Shown piece after piece: positions 36,001 through 51,400 of a stretch of 64,000 nucleotides of DNA. The notes under the pieces are model-generated. The model worked only from the letters and a program-made list of their open reading frames with translations. It was not told the origin of the DNA and ran no database searches. Made by a program: the position numbers and the translations under genes. This stretch comes from Lingula anatina (lineage: Eukaryota > Animalia > Brachiopoda): contig CM120640.1 in NCBI GenBank assembly GCA_051362555.1, positions 50,756,788-50,820,787 on the forward strand. The letters are read 5' to 3'. Every line of letters starts with the position of its first letter. Within the stretch, counting starts at the first letter, position 1.

Positions 36001-39000
36001 TGGTCAGATTGAAATATGTTCTCAATCACTAGAAAAATTAATAGCTAGAAATAATGCTGACACAAGTAAATGGGTTGTCTATGATCAGAATGGACCTGAG
36101 CACAACTTTGCATGCAGTATGTACAGTGCATGCACAAGCTAAGGATTTGTAGTTGCACAGACCTGGACTAAAAACAAATATGTCCATCTTCCAGGGTGAC
36201 CTGATAATAAGGAGAGCTGGGAGGGAAAGGCCAACATAAATGTAATGTCCACACTTTTGGTGTGTATGCTTTTCTCTTTTGATCAAATTAAGATAGAAAT
36301 GGTTGCGTCAGTACTTGGCCAGGTTCACCCTTTGTCAACCCTCCAAATGTTGACTTTTCACAGTGGTAGAGTGTTTAAACTGCACTTGAGAGATATGCTC
36401 AACTACAGCCGATTTCAACAAAGCCCTGAGAGTATAGTCCTAGATTACCAGAATAAACCCAAGAGCAGGCTCCTCCACCCACTATTGGCATGTTGACTTG
36501 GCCATCAGTGTTCCCTATATCAAATATATAAGTGGAATTACTAAGTCCAAGGCCTATGTTTGTATTATCCACAATTTTGTTTGACTTGTTCATACTGTGG
36601 TGCCAGGAACATGATTTTGTCATATGCTACATGAAGTACTCACCCATAGAACAAGCCCTAAAGTGAAAGAAAGAAAGCTCTGAACTGTTTAACCAATGCA
36701 AAATCTAACAGAGAAAAACATACTTAAGCATTTGCCCAGCAACCAACCTGATAGGTGCAAACAATGTTGTATAAAGTAAGCCTGTCATAAAAAATTGAGA
36801 TATGAAAGCAAGTTTTCAATTTCAAAGTGCCCCCGTATAAACTTCATACAACACATTAATGCCTTCACACTTCCTATGGTCTGGAATTTAAAACTTTCAC
36901 CTGTATTTGAAAAGGCTATTAAAAGCATTATTGACCGAATATATTACAAATATTTAACACAGAATTTACATTATTTAAGCAAACAATTAGAAAACTCTCA
37001 AAATTCTCACCAAACTAAGCCTGTTTTTGTTAATCTCAATCCCCTATACCTGCTGTATTACTCGTCTTTTGTACAGAATAGCTTGGAGCACAGACCCAAG
37101 CAAAAGAGAACTAAGGTTTATAGGCCAAAGGTATCAACCTACAAAAAATAAAAATATCAGTCTTTTGAACAGTGTCATGACTAGAATAATATTATCCAAA
37201 AGAAGGTGTAAAAATTGTACTAACATGAGGGAACTGCTTTGAAAAGACATCACGGAGATACTGTGTGCACTGCATGTTTATTTTCTTGTCATTGGATAAA
37301 GTTTTCAATTAGTCCTCAAACCTGCTGCTCCATTTCCCACAGCATGTTGAGAAGAAAAGACACCAACATCAGAGACTGCCAACTTCAAAATCCCAGTCTT
37401 TTAACTTGCACAGCATACCCAACCATCTCTCTCTGTAATCTCTCACTCTCTCCCCTTATCAGTAGCTTCTCTTGTAGGGAAGAAAAAATATGTAGATATA
37501 TTCTGGCACATGTAGCTTATTGATTCTTGAACTAAGTTTCACAATACTCTGACAATATGATGAGCCCACAAAAAAATGAACTTCCTTAATGTAATGAGAA
37601 ACCTACTATACACAAGCCTTTTCCTTGAGGTGAAGATATTTACAGCAGAGAGATCCCAGATTACCAAATAAACTCATCTTTGCCATTAAACAATTCCAAC
37701 TAATGGACACCTCTATTAGGTGGTCTCTTAACATTGATAAAACAGGACTACTTTACCTGAAAGATTGGCAAAGCACCTGCACAACATGTCAGGTAAACTT
37801 ATACTACCAAACAGCTGGTGATCCAAAATACAGAAACACTTAAGATATTAAGACAACACACCTTGCTGGCATTATGATGACCCCATACACTGAAGATGTA
37901 TCAATAAGTTCACTACACAGGTTCTGCTTGAGTGGTTTACACTAATGTTCCTCTTGATTAAGATTTATGCAATATTCACCTGGACAAACCTTTCAGTGTT
38001 AGATAACAGTTGGTAGCATCTAGAATATATCATAGCCTTCACTGACATAGATAATAGATGTTCTGAGGAGCTGCATTGGTTGCCATACATACAAAGTAAA
38101 GCATCCTAAGCAGATTATAGAGATGCCAGGCCCCCTCCTCCCCCTCCACACCCATTCAGCAGGTCAGGCAGGTATCATTAATGTGCTGAATACAGATGCT
38201 TGTCGTGCTTTGATAACAGACAATAAAAAAGAAAAGAAAACAGTACATATATATACTTTCAAGCACCCCCTCCCCTCCCTGCTACCACCAGTCTTTACTG
38301 GTATCATTAATAGAACTGCCCACTTGTCAGTACCATCAGTGACAGTAACATCCTGTAATGTTCTATTCTGTAACCAGCATGTGCTACAGTTGCCTGTCAC
38401 CCCCACCCTGCCATCATATTGGCTATGGTTTACACAACATCCTACTCATTAGCTGACCAACAATATACCCACTTCATCTCACATCCTCCTTTCTCCTTTC
38501 AAACAATCACAGGAGTTGTGATACATATTTCCTAATCTCCTAATGGAGGAAACTGTAATACACTCACAGAGTGTTTTAGCTATGGGTTTTCCCACTCCCT
38601 GTTGATTGTAGGAGACATACTGGTCAAGTTCACAGCAACTATCAGCAGCTAGAAGAGATAAATGAGATCTTGTGCTAAGAGCTCTTTGCACAATTATCTA
38701 TAAATTGGTATATGTACTACATAACTTTTGATGTTATGTTTATATCACCTGTAATGAAAGTACTGACATTTTGCCTTGATATTTGATATTTTTCAATATT
38801 ATAGAGCATGTAAAACATGATTTATTACACCAGAGGGCAAAAATGAAGTACAGCAGTAGTCATATGTTCTTATTAACAACATAGCATGTACTGCTAGTTG
38901 CCATATTATACGTACATTAGAAAATACAAAATCAAATGAAAATCAGATCTTCAAATGAGGTTGGCAGTTAGGCAGAAAAAGTGACTAATTGTATGTACAT

Positions 39001-42000
39001 TTGTCTATAGTTTGTTTTTCAATTCTGCCAGAAGGGGATGAATCTAGATCAACTTAATCCACATAACGCCTCCATTTTCCTTATCAGAACATTTTACATT
39101 GTCTCGTGTACCTGGTACTGCTCGGTTTACTTCTCACCTAGGTGACACCTAAACCTTGTATGCTGCAATAATTCTATGCCTCAAAGGAGGTACATATCCC
39201 CTCAGTGTGGGTACAATGCTATGCTACTGTCAATATGTACACAATTATCCCCCTAACAAATGACAATTTCAATATTTCCTAACTCATTAGGCTGAAATTG
39301 TAACATTTCCTATTAATTTCAGACATTTCCTTCCATGATTGAGAATTGCCATTTCCAAAAGAAAGCATATGATTTCCTCTTATGACTAGGTATTTCTAGT
39401 TTAAATTACTTTCACTACAGGTGGATGTTTTGGAAACAGTGATACAATGAGGTGTAAGTGTCCCTCTCACCTGCTAAATTCATGTTGCTAATAAATCTCT
39501 AGACAAGAACGACCACTTGTAGCAGTGAAAACACCTAGATACAAAATATCATTAGGGCAGTTGTTATACACTTACTTTTAAAGTCTTGCTGTAATCTGGG
39601 ACACGATGTTTGGTGGGTTCTAGTTGAAATATACTCAAGGTCTAAATTGGCCTGTGGATCTGTAAGCCTATTGGTATATGAAACTTTTCTTCACAATAGT
39701 GTCCTGTGAATAAGCTGTTCTGCTTAATCACTCAACAGGAAAATCTCAGAATAATGACATACTATTCAATGCCAGTCTCCCAGACTTGTCAAAAAGGTAG
39801 CAGATTATATTATTAGGAGAGCATTTATTTCAAAATGATCTTTGGGTTACATAAAGCTCCTATTACTTCAAAACCTTCTCTTCAAAGCAATGAAAAATAA
39901 GGCTTTGCATTTTTTGCCTGTTTTTTTGGTCAAATTAAAATGCTATTAAAGCACACCCATCAGTAGTAGACAACAGGACACAATCCATCATAAATAACAT
40001 ATTTCTCAAAGTAAATAAAATGTATTCTTTCTTTAAATGCAAGTACCATAAATAATTTAAAACTGTGCCCAATTTTTGGGAGGTAAATTCCAAGCTTCTC
40101 TTTTAAACATATTCTTTCAAGATTTTAAGTGTTTTCAGTAACCTACTGTAAAGTAAAGCAGCATGAAAGGTCCAAGGGCCTATTCCTTCAGTAAGAGCAG
40201 CCCTAGTCTATCTTCGGCACAGCTCAGCAGCAGAGTGTATACGGTTACATTCCAATATACATATATACATTCATGTGTGTACTAGTAGCAACATGAAGGA
40301 AACAACCCAGCAGGCCCTGTCTTGTATCATGTTTACTACCTGCCTAAGATAAGTCAGCTGTGATGTAAGTCAGACAAGCAAGCTAATACACTTTCAAATA
40401 AAAATATGAAATCCACAAATAAAAAATGTCATGCTTTTAAATGAGAATGTAAGGAGATAAGATTGAAAAAAAGTTATCTAAGGAAAGACAATTACTGAAT
40501 ATGTATGACTAAGCCAATGAGGTCTTTCAGGCATCACATGAAACCACCAAAACCACACAATTCAAACCTTGAAAGCAATTTTAGAAATCATGAATTTGTA
40601 AAAATTTATCACAAAATTTAAATGAAAAACACAAATTTGAGCACAATCCACAACAGTTAGAAAATGCAACATGAGATGCCTAGCTAAAAAAGTTAACAAA
40701 TATAAATAGGTTCTTATCCAAAAGCCAGTTTGCAGAAGCTACACTAATCCTAACTGACATATCACAGACAGACAATAGCCCCTGGAGATACACATGGCAC
40801 CAGAAATCTGGGAGCTGACACTTAAGATGGCCAAATGTTTTGTTGAATTACTTCCACAATACTGTACTTCAACTAGATCTTATCTTAATTTACAGTGCAC
40901 CATTTTTTGATGTTTTTTAAGGTTATGTCCTGAAAAATCTTGATAATCGTCTTGCAAACAAATGGGCAGATTTAATTCATGCAGTGAGAAAGTTTTTGAA
41001 CATGGTACCTCATCACCTGAGTAGTCCTCTCCAGATACCCATCACTACATGTGAGGTCTCCGTGTTTTTTTTTTTTTTTACTGAACTCAAAAGGTATTCT
41101 TCTGTCCTATCAAAAAAAAAAAAAATTCTTTTGCACATGTTATCCACAAAGGGCAATTCTACTATAACACTGGCCACAAAGAGCTTACAAATATTACAAT
41201 GTTCTTCTCAAATATGTGCTTTTTTTGTGCAAGTCCTCTGGCATAACTGTGACACTGAAACATTTTGGGCAATTTTTCATTCATTCTTAATTTACATTAT
41301 CAGCTGAAATAACAATAACCCAAACTCACCTATCAATTTTCTCAAATGTATATAACCCTGGGTATCTTTTTCTTATGCCACAGCATTTTGTGACATCTCA
41401 ATGATTGACATAACTTCTTCCTTTTCAACCCAACCCAAACATTGTCCTATATAAAAGAGATCAGATGCCCCTGCCCCAGGGATAACCCCCCTGACCCTAC
41501 AGGGTTATGTGGTACTTAACATGGTGGCTTTTCTCCCTCAAGGTGTAATGTGAGAGTATAAGACAACAATACAGGCATTCTACCTACACTTCCAGCAGCC
41601 AGACCCCTTTAATCTGACCCTTTTATTGTTGGTGTACTCTTCTTTTATAATCAGGCAATACACCCACCATAACAATAGGAATATGTTCTCATTTTCACTA
41701 ATACCAGTCTGTGTCAAGACACTAAAAAAACACCTCATTTCATACTTCATTAAATCACTTTGGGATATGCTCATAGTCGTAAGAGGCATGAAATTAATAT
41801 GTCTCGTTCTAATGAACTTTAAGTTATTCCAAAGCATGACTCTGGTGACATTCCTTGCAAAAAAAATTAAGGTGCTTTAAAAATTTATGGAGAAACTTTT
41901 AACTTTAGTAAATGAATCATAATACTCCACATTAGCAAAGCATTTTTCTGCTTTGCCTTTAATTAACTCTTCTTTCTAACAATATTCTCTCATTCTTAGA

Positions 42001-45000
42001 AAATAGATGAACTGTTTATCTTGCATCTCAAATCATATGCTACCTGAACTTGAAAACACCAACAAAAATTCCAACAACCAACTTCTTTTTCATGTGGCAA
42101 TATTCATATGCAATTTCTTTTCATTTTTTTCTTTGGAACTGTTTGACTTAAAGAGTCTACATGCTGTTTTCACAATTAGTTCATTGGATTATAAAATAAA
42201 GAACAGCATCAGTTCCAGGCTTTTTTCAGGCATTCAGTTTACTTTGATGTGAGACCATTTTGTTCAGCTTGTATTTGATCACATTGCCCCGGTATAGCTT
42301 TAATGGCAGAAAAAAACAAGCACAGTTAATTCATACACAACCTAAGTCTTTTTTTCACACTGATGCAGCCCAGGTGTCTAAAAATATCATATTACCAGAC
42401 TCTTTATCAATAATAAAACTGTAATAAAACTTTTCTCACAGTTGTTATTGGGCTGCATCCTTTACTCTACATTGTAAAAAAATCACATTGAATAATATAT
42501 TACACAAATAAAATTTAATTCTTCCAATTACCACAGTGATGCAAAAAAAATGCCGGAAGTGGTGATATTTCATTGTAAGAACATCTCTGAACTTTTTTTT
42601 AGTCTGACCCTGCACCCTTTATGTGACAATGGTCAGTCCACAAAAAAGGGCAGTGATATTCCCACAAACTGAACAACTACTACTGTGATGACTCAGTCAG
42701 CTGGGGTAGAATCATCCTTTTATCGATGGGGTAAACAAGATTCTAGTGATAAAGTAACAGCAATATAAGTCTATACAACAAAACTGCATTTCCTTTACAA
42801 CCACGGGAGAGATAACACATGTCTTTAGTAGACAAATGATCTGCGTACATTATGGTAGCTGTCAGTCACACTGGACATATTAAATCAAAACAGCCCCTCC
42901 CCTTATGACCAGTGCCCACCCAGATACTGACCAGCCATTCCCTAGGGGCACTGGTCAGTTTTGTAGCCTCTAAGTCTCCAGGTACAATACTTCTAGTAAC
43001 TGTCAAAACAAAGTAATTAGAGTGGAGATAAATAATCCCTTCGTTATCACACCCTAAGATAATCCTTGCCATACCTTTTCATTAGGTCAACACCTGTCTA
43101 TCAAATCACCTCACAACACTTCCCAAGATTAAAGTCATATGTCTACTTTTCCTTGGGAAGATATGTTAATCAAAAACTCTAAATGCTCAATCACTAAAAA
43201 TTGACATAATGCATTTAAAGAAAAACACAGTACAGGTCTGTAGGCAGAGATTTCAAACAGCTGAACCTCCCCTTTGGCAAGAAAAATGTCTGCTAAGAAT
43301 CAAATTTTGATTTGTTTTATGCTATTTCTCAAGAAGACAATGAAAAAAAGTAAAAAAATCTGCACCTTTTCAGAAAAAGAACACCCTTTTGCAATTGCTA
43401 GTTACAAGCCTTTCTGTTTTTACAGGTGTCCACTATTTTACTTTACTGCTATCATACAGCCCTGACTCACCCACACATATAGCTTCTCAGTTAACAACTT
43501 TTTATAAAGTTAAGATATAACAAAAAGTTATCCACTTCTAAGATGTGACAAAAGTTAACAATCGTGTGAAATTTTCAAATTCTTTTGTTAATGTGTCCTG
43601 TTACGTACCTACCGCAACTTGGAGAACAGTCCTCTCTCTCTGACATCCCACACAAGCTTCAACCTCTTACTCTAATATTCTGACATATGGGAAGGGGGTT
43701 ACTCATGTGACAAATTAAACCCAGCAGCTGTCAGTGGGTACAGCTCATATCCTTAGCCCCTGAGGAAACCCGACAGATCATATGGTATAGTACAATATGT
43801 CTCCTTTTCTAAACAGACACAGGAATATATACAACAGGTATAGGGTCTGTAGGATACAATGAACCTTGACTGCATATTGCACTAAGAAGATGTTAGCTAT
43901 ACAATAGAGATGTGGCCATTTTGTTATCAGTAAGGTATCTTTCCATTCACAGCTTCTTTCAGTGCTAATGATAAATGGTTTCCTGTTTGGAAAACTTATC
44001 AATTATCTAAGGCTATATCTTTATTGCATTTAGTGGACCATTTTGATAAAAAGATTACACAGACTATCTTATCTGCTAATAGGTTTTTTAGCTGCAACAA
44101 TCAAGCATCAATTAGCTCCAGCTAGGATCATCTAAATTGACAACTAGCTTTATGACCCCAAACACATGCATCAATGCACACACCAAACTGATGTAGAAAA
44201 TTTACTGCAAGAAAATTTAATTAACCCCTGCACACTAATTACCTTCATCAGCCCCGATAACTTTGGTCTCGATAATTATGAACTACTAATTACACTCACA
44301 TAACTGTCCAGCATCAAAAAGATATTGCTTCATGTTTTCATAAAGTTACATTCAAATCACTTCCAGTCTACTTACTAGACACAAAATGAGCTAATCAGCA
44401 AGGGCTGTCTTAATTAGAAATCAATTCTGCTCTCCTTTGATGTATAGTCAATTTGTCTAAAACAATTGTCCGATCAATAATACCTGGATGGTTAAATGGC
44501 CATTTCATCAAATTTGTTATTTACAAAATAAATGACACTTAAAACATCTTTTAAAATAGACATTCGCTGTTGTGGTCAACTTTTGAAACAGTACATAGTT
44601 GATTTCTTTTTTTCTATCTGAAGCAAAGTTCAGGTATGAACCAAAGTATCACATGTATGATTTCTGTACCCAAAAACCTTATCTTTGACATCCTATCCAG
44701 ACATATAGCAAATCAATATCCATGGCACTCTGATATTTGACTAGTATCATATTTCAGTTTTTCTAAGCAAAACTTACACATGAGCTTTTCATTTTTCTCT
44801 TTTTTCACCTGCTGGTAAAAATAATAAAGCATGTTCAATATCAGACCCCCAAGATGCAATTCTGTTTTTATACATAATAAACACTCCTAAATTAGTTGCA
44901 AATTTGCAAATTTGAATTTGCAAAATAATATTGTTGTAGATAACAATTTCCACTGCAAGATGTTAGCAAATTTGATTGTCTTGTATAAAATAACACCTTT

Positions 45001-45332
45001 ATAAAATCAATCAACCAATTAAAGGATCCCTTTTCCCCCAAGTTTTTGTAGCAAAATAATTTTTTTCAAAAAATTATATATAAAATGTAATGGGTCGACC
45101 AAAAATAACACAATGAAATTCTATTTTTAATTTATCAAGAATCATCTCTAGTATTAAATTGAAATTTCACTTAATAACACTATATGGTATTGCTTTTGGC
45201 ATAAAAGCTTTGACTTAACATTCAACTTAACATCCCTTGGAAGCTTAATAAAAATGTAAAACAAACTTTAATGAAACAGAAACACTACTATTAAGAAGAA
45301 TCAGGTCAATTTTTTTTAGTACATCTAACATT

Positions 45333-45498
45333 CAGGCCCAAGAGGGGGTTGGGTAGGGGTCTGTTCAGAACGGCCATTTTGTCCAGAAAGGGTCCACTTT
45401 GAATCAAAATATGATGTAGGTTCTATGCAATTTCTAAAGTGGGGAGGAGGAGGGGTCCAATTAATAAAACTTTCTGTTAATAACTGGCTACAGGCCTG
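45333..45498. mobile_element. Degenerate MITE with CAGGCC termini
   Basis: CAGGCCCAAGAGGGGGTT ... CTGGCTACAGGCCTG; internal repeated GGGTCCA. Confidence 0.55.
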
Positions 45499-48400
45499 AT
45501 TTTTTTAAAAATAAAATAAAAATTAGAAATGGCAGCATTTTTTAACACACCACATGACAATTATTTCATAGAATCTATGCTTATCTATATGTTGCAGAAT
45601 ACTCTGACATTTGTGCCAACAACTTAAAAACTTGTAGAGCATATTCTACCTTCAGCAAATCACAGCTTACCTTCTCCTAGCAAAATTTGGCGACAACATT
45701 TTGCCTCTATGATGTTGTGCAATGCCCACCAGCCTGTTTTATACTAGGGTGTCAGACCAAACTGCTTAAAACCTTAGTCAACAATATCTGGATAAGCCGC
45801 TAAGCTTTTCTCTGCAGTCCCAAGTCCACAACTGCTATCTGCGATTTCCAAAATGCAATTAATTAAGCTTCCATAGATTGACATTAAGGCCAAGTCACCC
45901 AGGCTGCCTTTTAACGTCATGAAAAATGTTTGAGCTGTCTAGCAATTATCGATCACTGCCCCTGAGTTAGAAAAAGCATTTATTGACCCACTCCACTTGA
46001 CTCAAAAGTGCCGCCACCTCTCTCTAGGTAGATCCCAACTAAAAAATTCTCTATACATTTGTCCAAATTCCCATACTACCTGCAGCAGAAATTGATACCC
46101 ATGTATAATTTCATGATAAACTTAGTTTAGGGCCAACCACACATCTTTCAACTGCTGATAACATAATCAACCAACTTTTATACATTATCTATGAAATGAC
46201 AAACAGGTCTGGCAATTGGTATTGGTATTGCAACTGCTATGATATTAAAATTAAAATCTGCAACCTAAGTATATTTCATTTGGAGGGGGGTTCTACGTTC
46301 TTTGCTTTAAAGAAAGGTACTCTCAAATTCTGCTTATTACTTTGTTTAATGAAGTTCTCCCCTAATGGCAGCATTAATCACAAGTGTGACAGGTGTGACA
46401 GGTAAAAGGTTGGGCTATGCGTGACAAGCTAGGACCTGGCACATATCGCCAAATATAACTGCAAGGAACATGGAGATGAGGGGTCTTCCAATTTAAACCC
46501 ACAGATATAATCCAAAGAGGAAAGGTAGTTTGGATGGGAAGATAATGGGGATATGTGTTGGCTGCCACATGATACATGACATAATTTCATACCAAAAATA
46601 CTTGTCTTGTTTTCTAACAGTCACTTTCTGAATACATTCAATATGCATTGTAGTATACATATGATGCATAAATTAAAATGAAATATTTCAAATTTAAACA
46701 AATTTAATAATTAAACATTTTGGTATTACACATGTGACTTGCAGCAACTTTATGTAATATATTTGAATAAGTAAACAAAATGCTACACACACCATACACA
46801 CATAAAGTGGACAAACCTTGCAATCAAACCTAATTTACTAAGTGAACTTGTGCCCCAGAAAAAATTTTCATCAACACAAAGCCAATGTCAGAAGTGCATA
46901 AGTCATAGCAAATCAATTTTTTCAGGAACTTTTTTCTTCACCTTCTATAAAAAAATTCCAATGTAGGAGCATTAAAATTAAAAATGCACATACTACAACA
47001 TCGTTTTTGTACTCTCTGCTTCAGGTGGCCCCAAATCATTTCCTATGCATGCCTTACATTTGATGTAATTGCGTCCCATTGTTGTTGGGTTCCAAGGGCA
47101 CGACTGCACACAGCACACAGAGGTTGTATTGTCTTTTCATCTTCCAACTCAGTCAATATAGCCAATCACTAAAATCCCTTCCCAAATTGATTAAAGATAA
47201 TTCTTATTATTATATTATGCATATATATCCTCTATTTTAATGGTATTTTCACTAATGAGGATAGCAGTCATTTAACAGTTCAAAGTCGTAACTAAGACAT
47301 GAATAAGTAAATTATGTGTGGGCAGCATCAAATATCTAATTGCATTTCTATTTACAGTCTTTAAAATATGTTCTGCTTAAAGCTTTCAATAAATCACTAT
47401 AATATTATCTTCTAGTGAAGTGGAAACTGTTATTATTGTTACATGCAGTATATTTTATTTACATTTTGCAAGGTTCAGTTTCAAGATTGATTAATATAAA
47501 TGTACAATTGTATGGACAACTAATTATACATTCATATCAAACACCCATGTTAAATCAACATTTGAATTATTAATGATGAAATTTAATTTTAAAAATTAAG
47601 AAAATCAGCAATAATAATATGATCGTACATCAACAACAGTAATATGATCATATTGCTCACAAAAATATGCCCTTCTATCTTGGACAAATAAAAAGCCTCA
47701 ATGAAGATTTTACCAGTAAATTCATTATAGTGTACATACCTCAGACAAATTCTATGATGGTAAAGATTGTTCTGTCAAAATACCAAATGTTTGTAAAAAG
47801 TTCAAATTAATCTACACTGGTACACCAAGTCTGGTCAGCTCATATGTATGGCATGAAATGATGAAAATAGATGCCTCAGCTGGCATCGCCCAATGAACCC
47901 AGGTTGGCCATCAATTAAAACAACATGACCACTGTCAAATTACCCAGTCAGATATGTCTACAACAAAGGGATGTTTACACTACAAAGTTGATGCATATTG
48001 CCAAGGGCAGGGCATTCATACAGCCCAATTATAGTGACCAGCTTTTTTCATTATTTTTCCCTTTGATGTATTTTTATTATACGTTACCATTGTATCTATA
48101 TTCTGAGCACTGCTATGACAATATGTAATTTGGCTTATTTTATCTTCCAAAAAATACTTTAAAAAGTAATATCACTAAAAATATACCTATAAATTATAAT
48201 AGCATGTACAAAACTTAAAATGTATACTAGGCACCTACTTCACCAGAATGGTAAAATTAAGAAACATTGCCTGAAGCAGAACACTGTAAAAAGAGCACCC
48301 AAACAAAAATAATGCATACATGCATGACTAGAAAAACACATATTTAGGACTACTTAAAGTTAATTAGGTGTGGACCAACATTATTTTCTTCACCTTAATG

Positions 48401-51400
48401 AACCAATACTCTTAAAGCAAGACACAATGCATGTCATATACACTTGAGTTCACTTCCTAACATTTTACCAACAGATTACTTAATAATTTCATAATTACAC
48501 GCATGATGGCACAATAAACAAATCACACATCATTGTGTTTAGTTCAGCATGGAAATTATCTTTTCCCTCTATCAAATGCATGTATTCAAATTTGCAAATG
48601 GAAGAAAAACAATCTATTTCCCTATGAAAATGAATATCAGTATGGCACTCCATTAAGAGTAATTAAAAAGATTTACCAATTTTCAAATTTCTTTGCAGTT
48701 CGCTACAGCATCACTGTTTGATACCAATGATCCAAGATTTTCTGCCGTTGTTGCCTCCTGGTTGTTTTCTGGAACAGAGACAGGTAAATGAGTGACAGTC
48801 TTTGAGTCATAGCTTGTCCACATACTTTGCAAACCACACACTATAGGAGATCAATGTGAGGCAGCCTGACACTATTTACATAGCACTAATTCCAACTGTT
48901 GAGCTTGTTTCACCTGAAGCACCCCTGGATCACAAGTTTAAAAAGCTTTAACAAAACCAATTTATGTTCACAAATACATAAAATAAACAAACACATCTCA
49001 ATTTCTGTTTTTTAAAGTTGACCATACTAAGTGAAGCAATGCTGCAGGTATTTGTTCTTGTAGGGAAAGAAATGTCCAGGTGTGTTATCTGCCAAAAAAT
49101 GTCAGAGCAGCTGTTCTTCCCAAAGCATCAGATATTTGTCAGAAAACACAACTGCGGCCCATTTCAAATACAGTAGAAACAATCATACATTCTACATAAT
49201 GAGCGTCTCTCTTCTGCCAATTCATTAATTACCTTGTGATTCAATATGTCACCTGACATGAATAATTAGCCAATTATGAATGAGTTTTGGTTATATTTAA
49301 CTGCATAATGAAACAACTGTGTAATTCCTCCACATGTTTTCAGTAATTTTGCTATATTAGGAAATTTGGTAAACTTTTGCCTTTGATCCTCAGAACCACA
49401 GCTGGGACATGAAATTCTTGCTGGTGTGCATTTTAACAAAAAGTCTGACCGACTAATCCTGGACAATATCACAGATATCAGATCTATTCAATACATTGCA
49501 TTTCTTTGTTGGATGTAGATATTACTGACATTTTATGTGTACTCTTTGTAATGTCATAATTTGACAAGTCTTACATTAAAATGCCTTAAAATGGATATTT
49601 AAGAAAAAAGTCTTACCTTACCAAATGCTTCAATGTTCACAGCTTAACGGAACTTGAATGAAGTTAGGACTGGTTGAACTATTCTTCCCACTTGGGGTGT
49701 AGTAATCTCTCTTTGCTGCAAGAAAAAGCAATACCTAATTGTTCAGCAAACATAAAGGCAAAGCAATTTGTGTCTCATATCAAAGTGAATAAAATCCCAA
49801 CTGCTGAGCAAATGTGTACTTAATTCAATGTAGTCTTTATAATAAGGCAGCTGACCAAAGGTAATGATGCTAGACCTCATTTCTACCATCACCTAAGAAT
49901 CACAAAGCCTGCAGGGAGAATAAACCTGGGTGATTTAATCTGTTCATAATTATAACACTTAAGATTTCTCTTCAAAGTCTGTCCTCTGCTTACTTACTGC
50001 ACCTAATCTCCAAATCTTTCTTTAAACCGGACTCTGCTGCTAAGACTACACACAATCCATACCGCACATGGCTCCAGTGAAATGTCAAGTAAATCATTCA
50101 GGTATCCAAAGTTTCTATGGATGTTTTGAATGATAATGTCGGGCTGGGAATGTATAGTGGTCATAACCACTCCTACCAATGACCAGTGCTTTATATACTT
50201 ATATATACTGCCAAGCTTGTCTAAACACACCAGGGGCCCTTACCTCAGTGTCCAAGACTTTTTCTGAATTACGAATGAAAGACACATTTAAAGATTCAGA
50301 AAGTCCATGAGAGAGCTCAACTTCCTTCATATTCTTCTTTAGATAATGACTAATATATACATTGATTGGCATTTAATTTGAAAGGCAGCTTCCCAAGGAT
50401 CAATGGCAGTCAAACACTGATAGAATGTCCTCATTAATATATAACATTAATTCTATTACAACACCAACAATGTGTTTACATTCTTTGGCTTAACAGTGGA
50501 AAATCAATGGTTACTTGATATAAAAGAAATAATTTAGACCTTTTTCTTCTGGAGCACTTTGTTCTTTGTAAATAAAAGTTTACTAGGACCCTTATCCAAT
50601 GCAAATATTAACTAATACTTTACAGAGTATCACGTCCTGTCAATAATGATAAATTTGATCTCCACTGGAATACAATTGTCAGGCACATGGGAAAAATCTG
50701 CATAAAGCTAAAAATTCAGTATTATCCTCACAGGATAAAAATCGGGGCCCTGTTGAAAGTATCATGGAGTACAGTTTACATGTATGTGTTGAAGATGCAC
50801 AATCATGAAATGATGTACTGTAGTCACTGTGTAGTTTAGTTGCCAATACTTCAAATGAAATTTTATCCATGTACATTATTTTTATGATTAACTGAATGAA
50901 CAACCTATACTAAGTAAAGTTAAAAAATGCAACCTCCTTCAAGGTTTTTTTTTTCTGAAAGAGATGAATTTCCCATGCCTACTTACCTGTAGCACCTCCC
51001 GAGAGTATTTTCTTTAGTTTACATGAGAAAGTTAAAATCAATCTACAGACAGGTACAGACACTATTTGGCATTTCAACCATGTAAAATATTTGTCACCTG
51101 TAGTGCTATTTGATTCATCAAAGTAATATCTCCAAGCTATACAACCAATTAGAGAAAATCAGTTAATCCCCAAATATGCCCACAGTCAAATGCAACAGTT
51201 GAATTAACTTTACTTATACAATGCCTGTTGAGATATATTTTCACTCAGAGACTATTCACTTAGTAGTTACCTGCAGAATTACACAAAAGCAATAAAACAA
51301 TACCTTTTTATGACATACTAGTAAGTGTTGACAAATTCATAAATTTGGCACTTTTCTAAAGAGAGCAATACCACTGGATGTTTTATAGGTGGTAATAACC

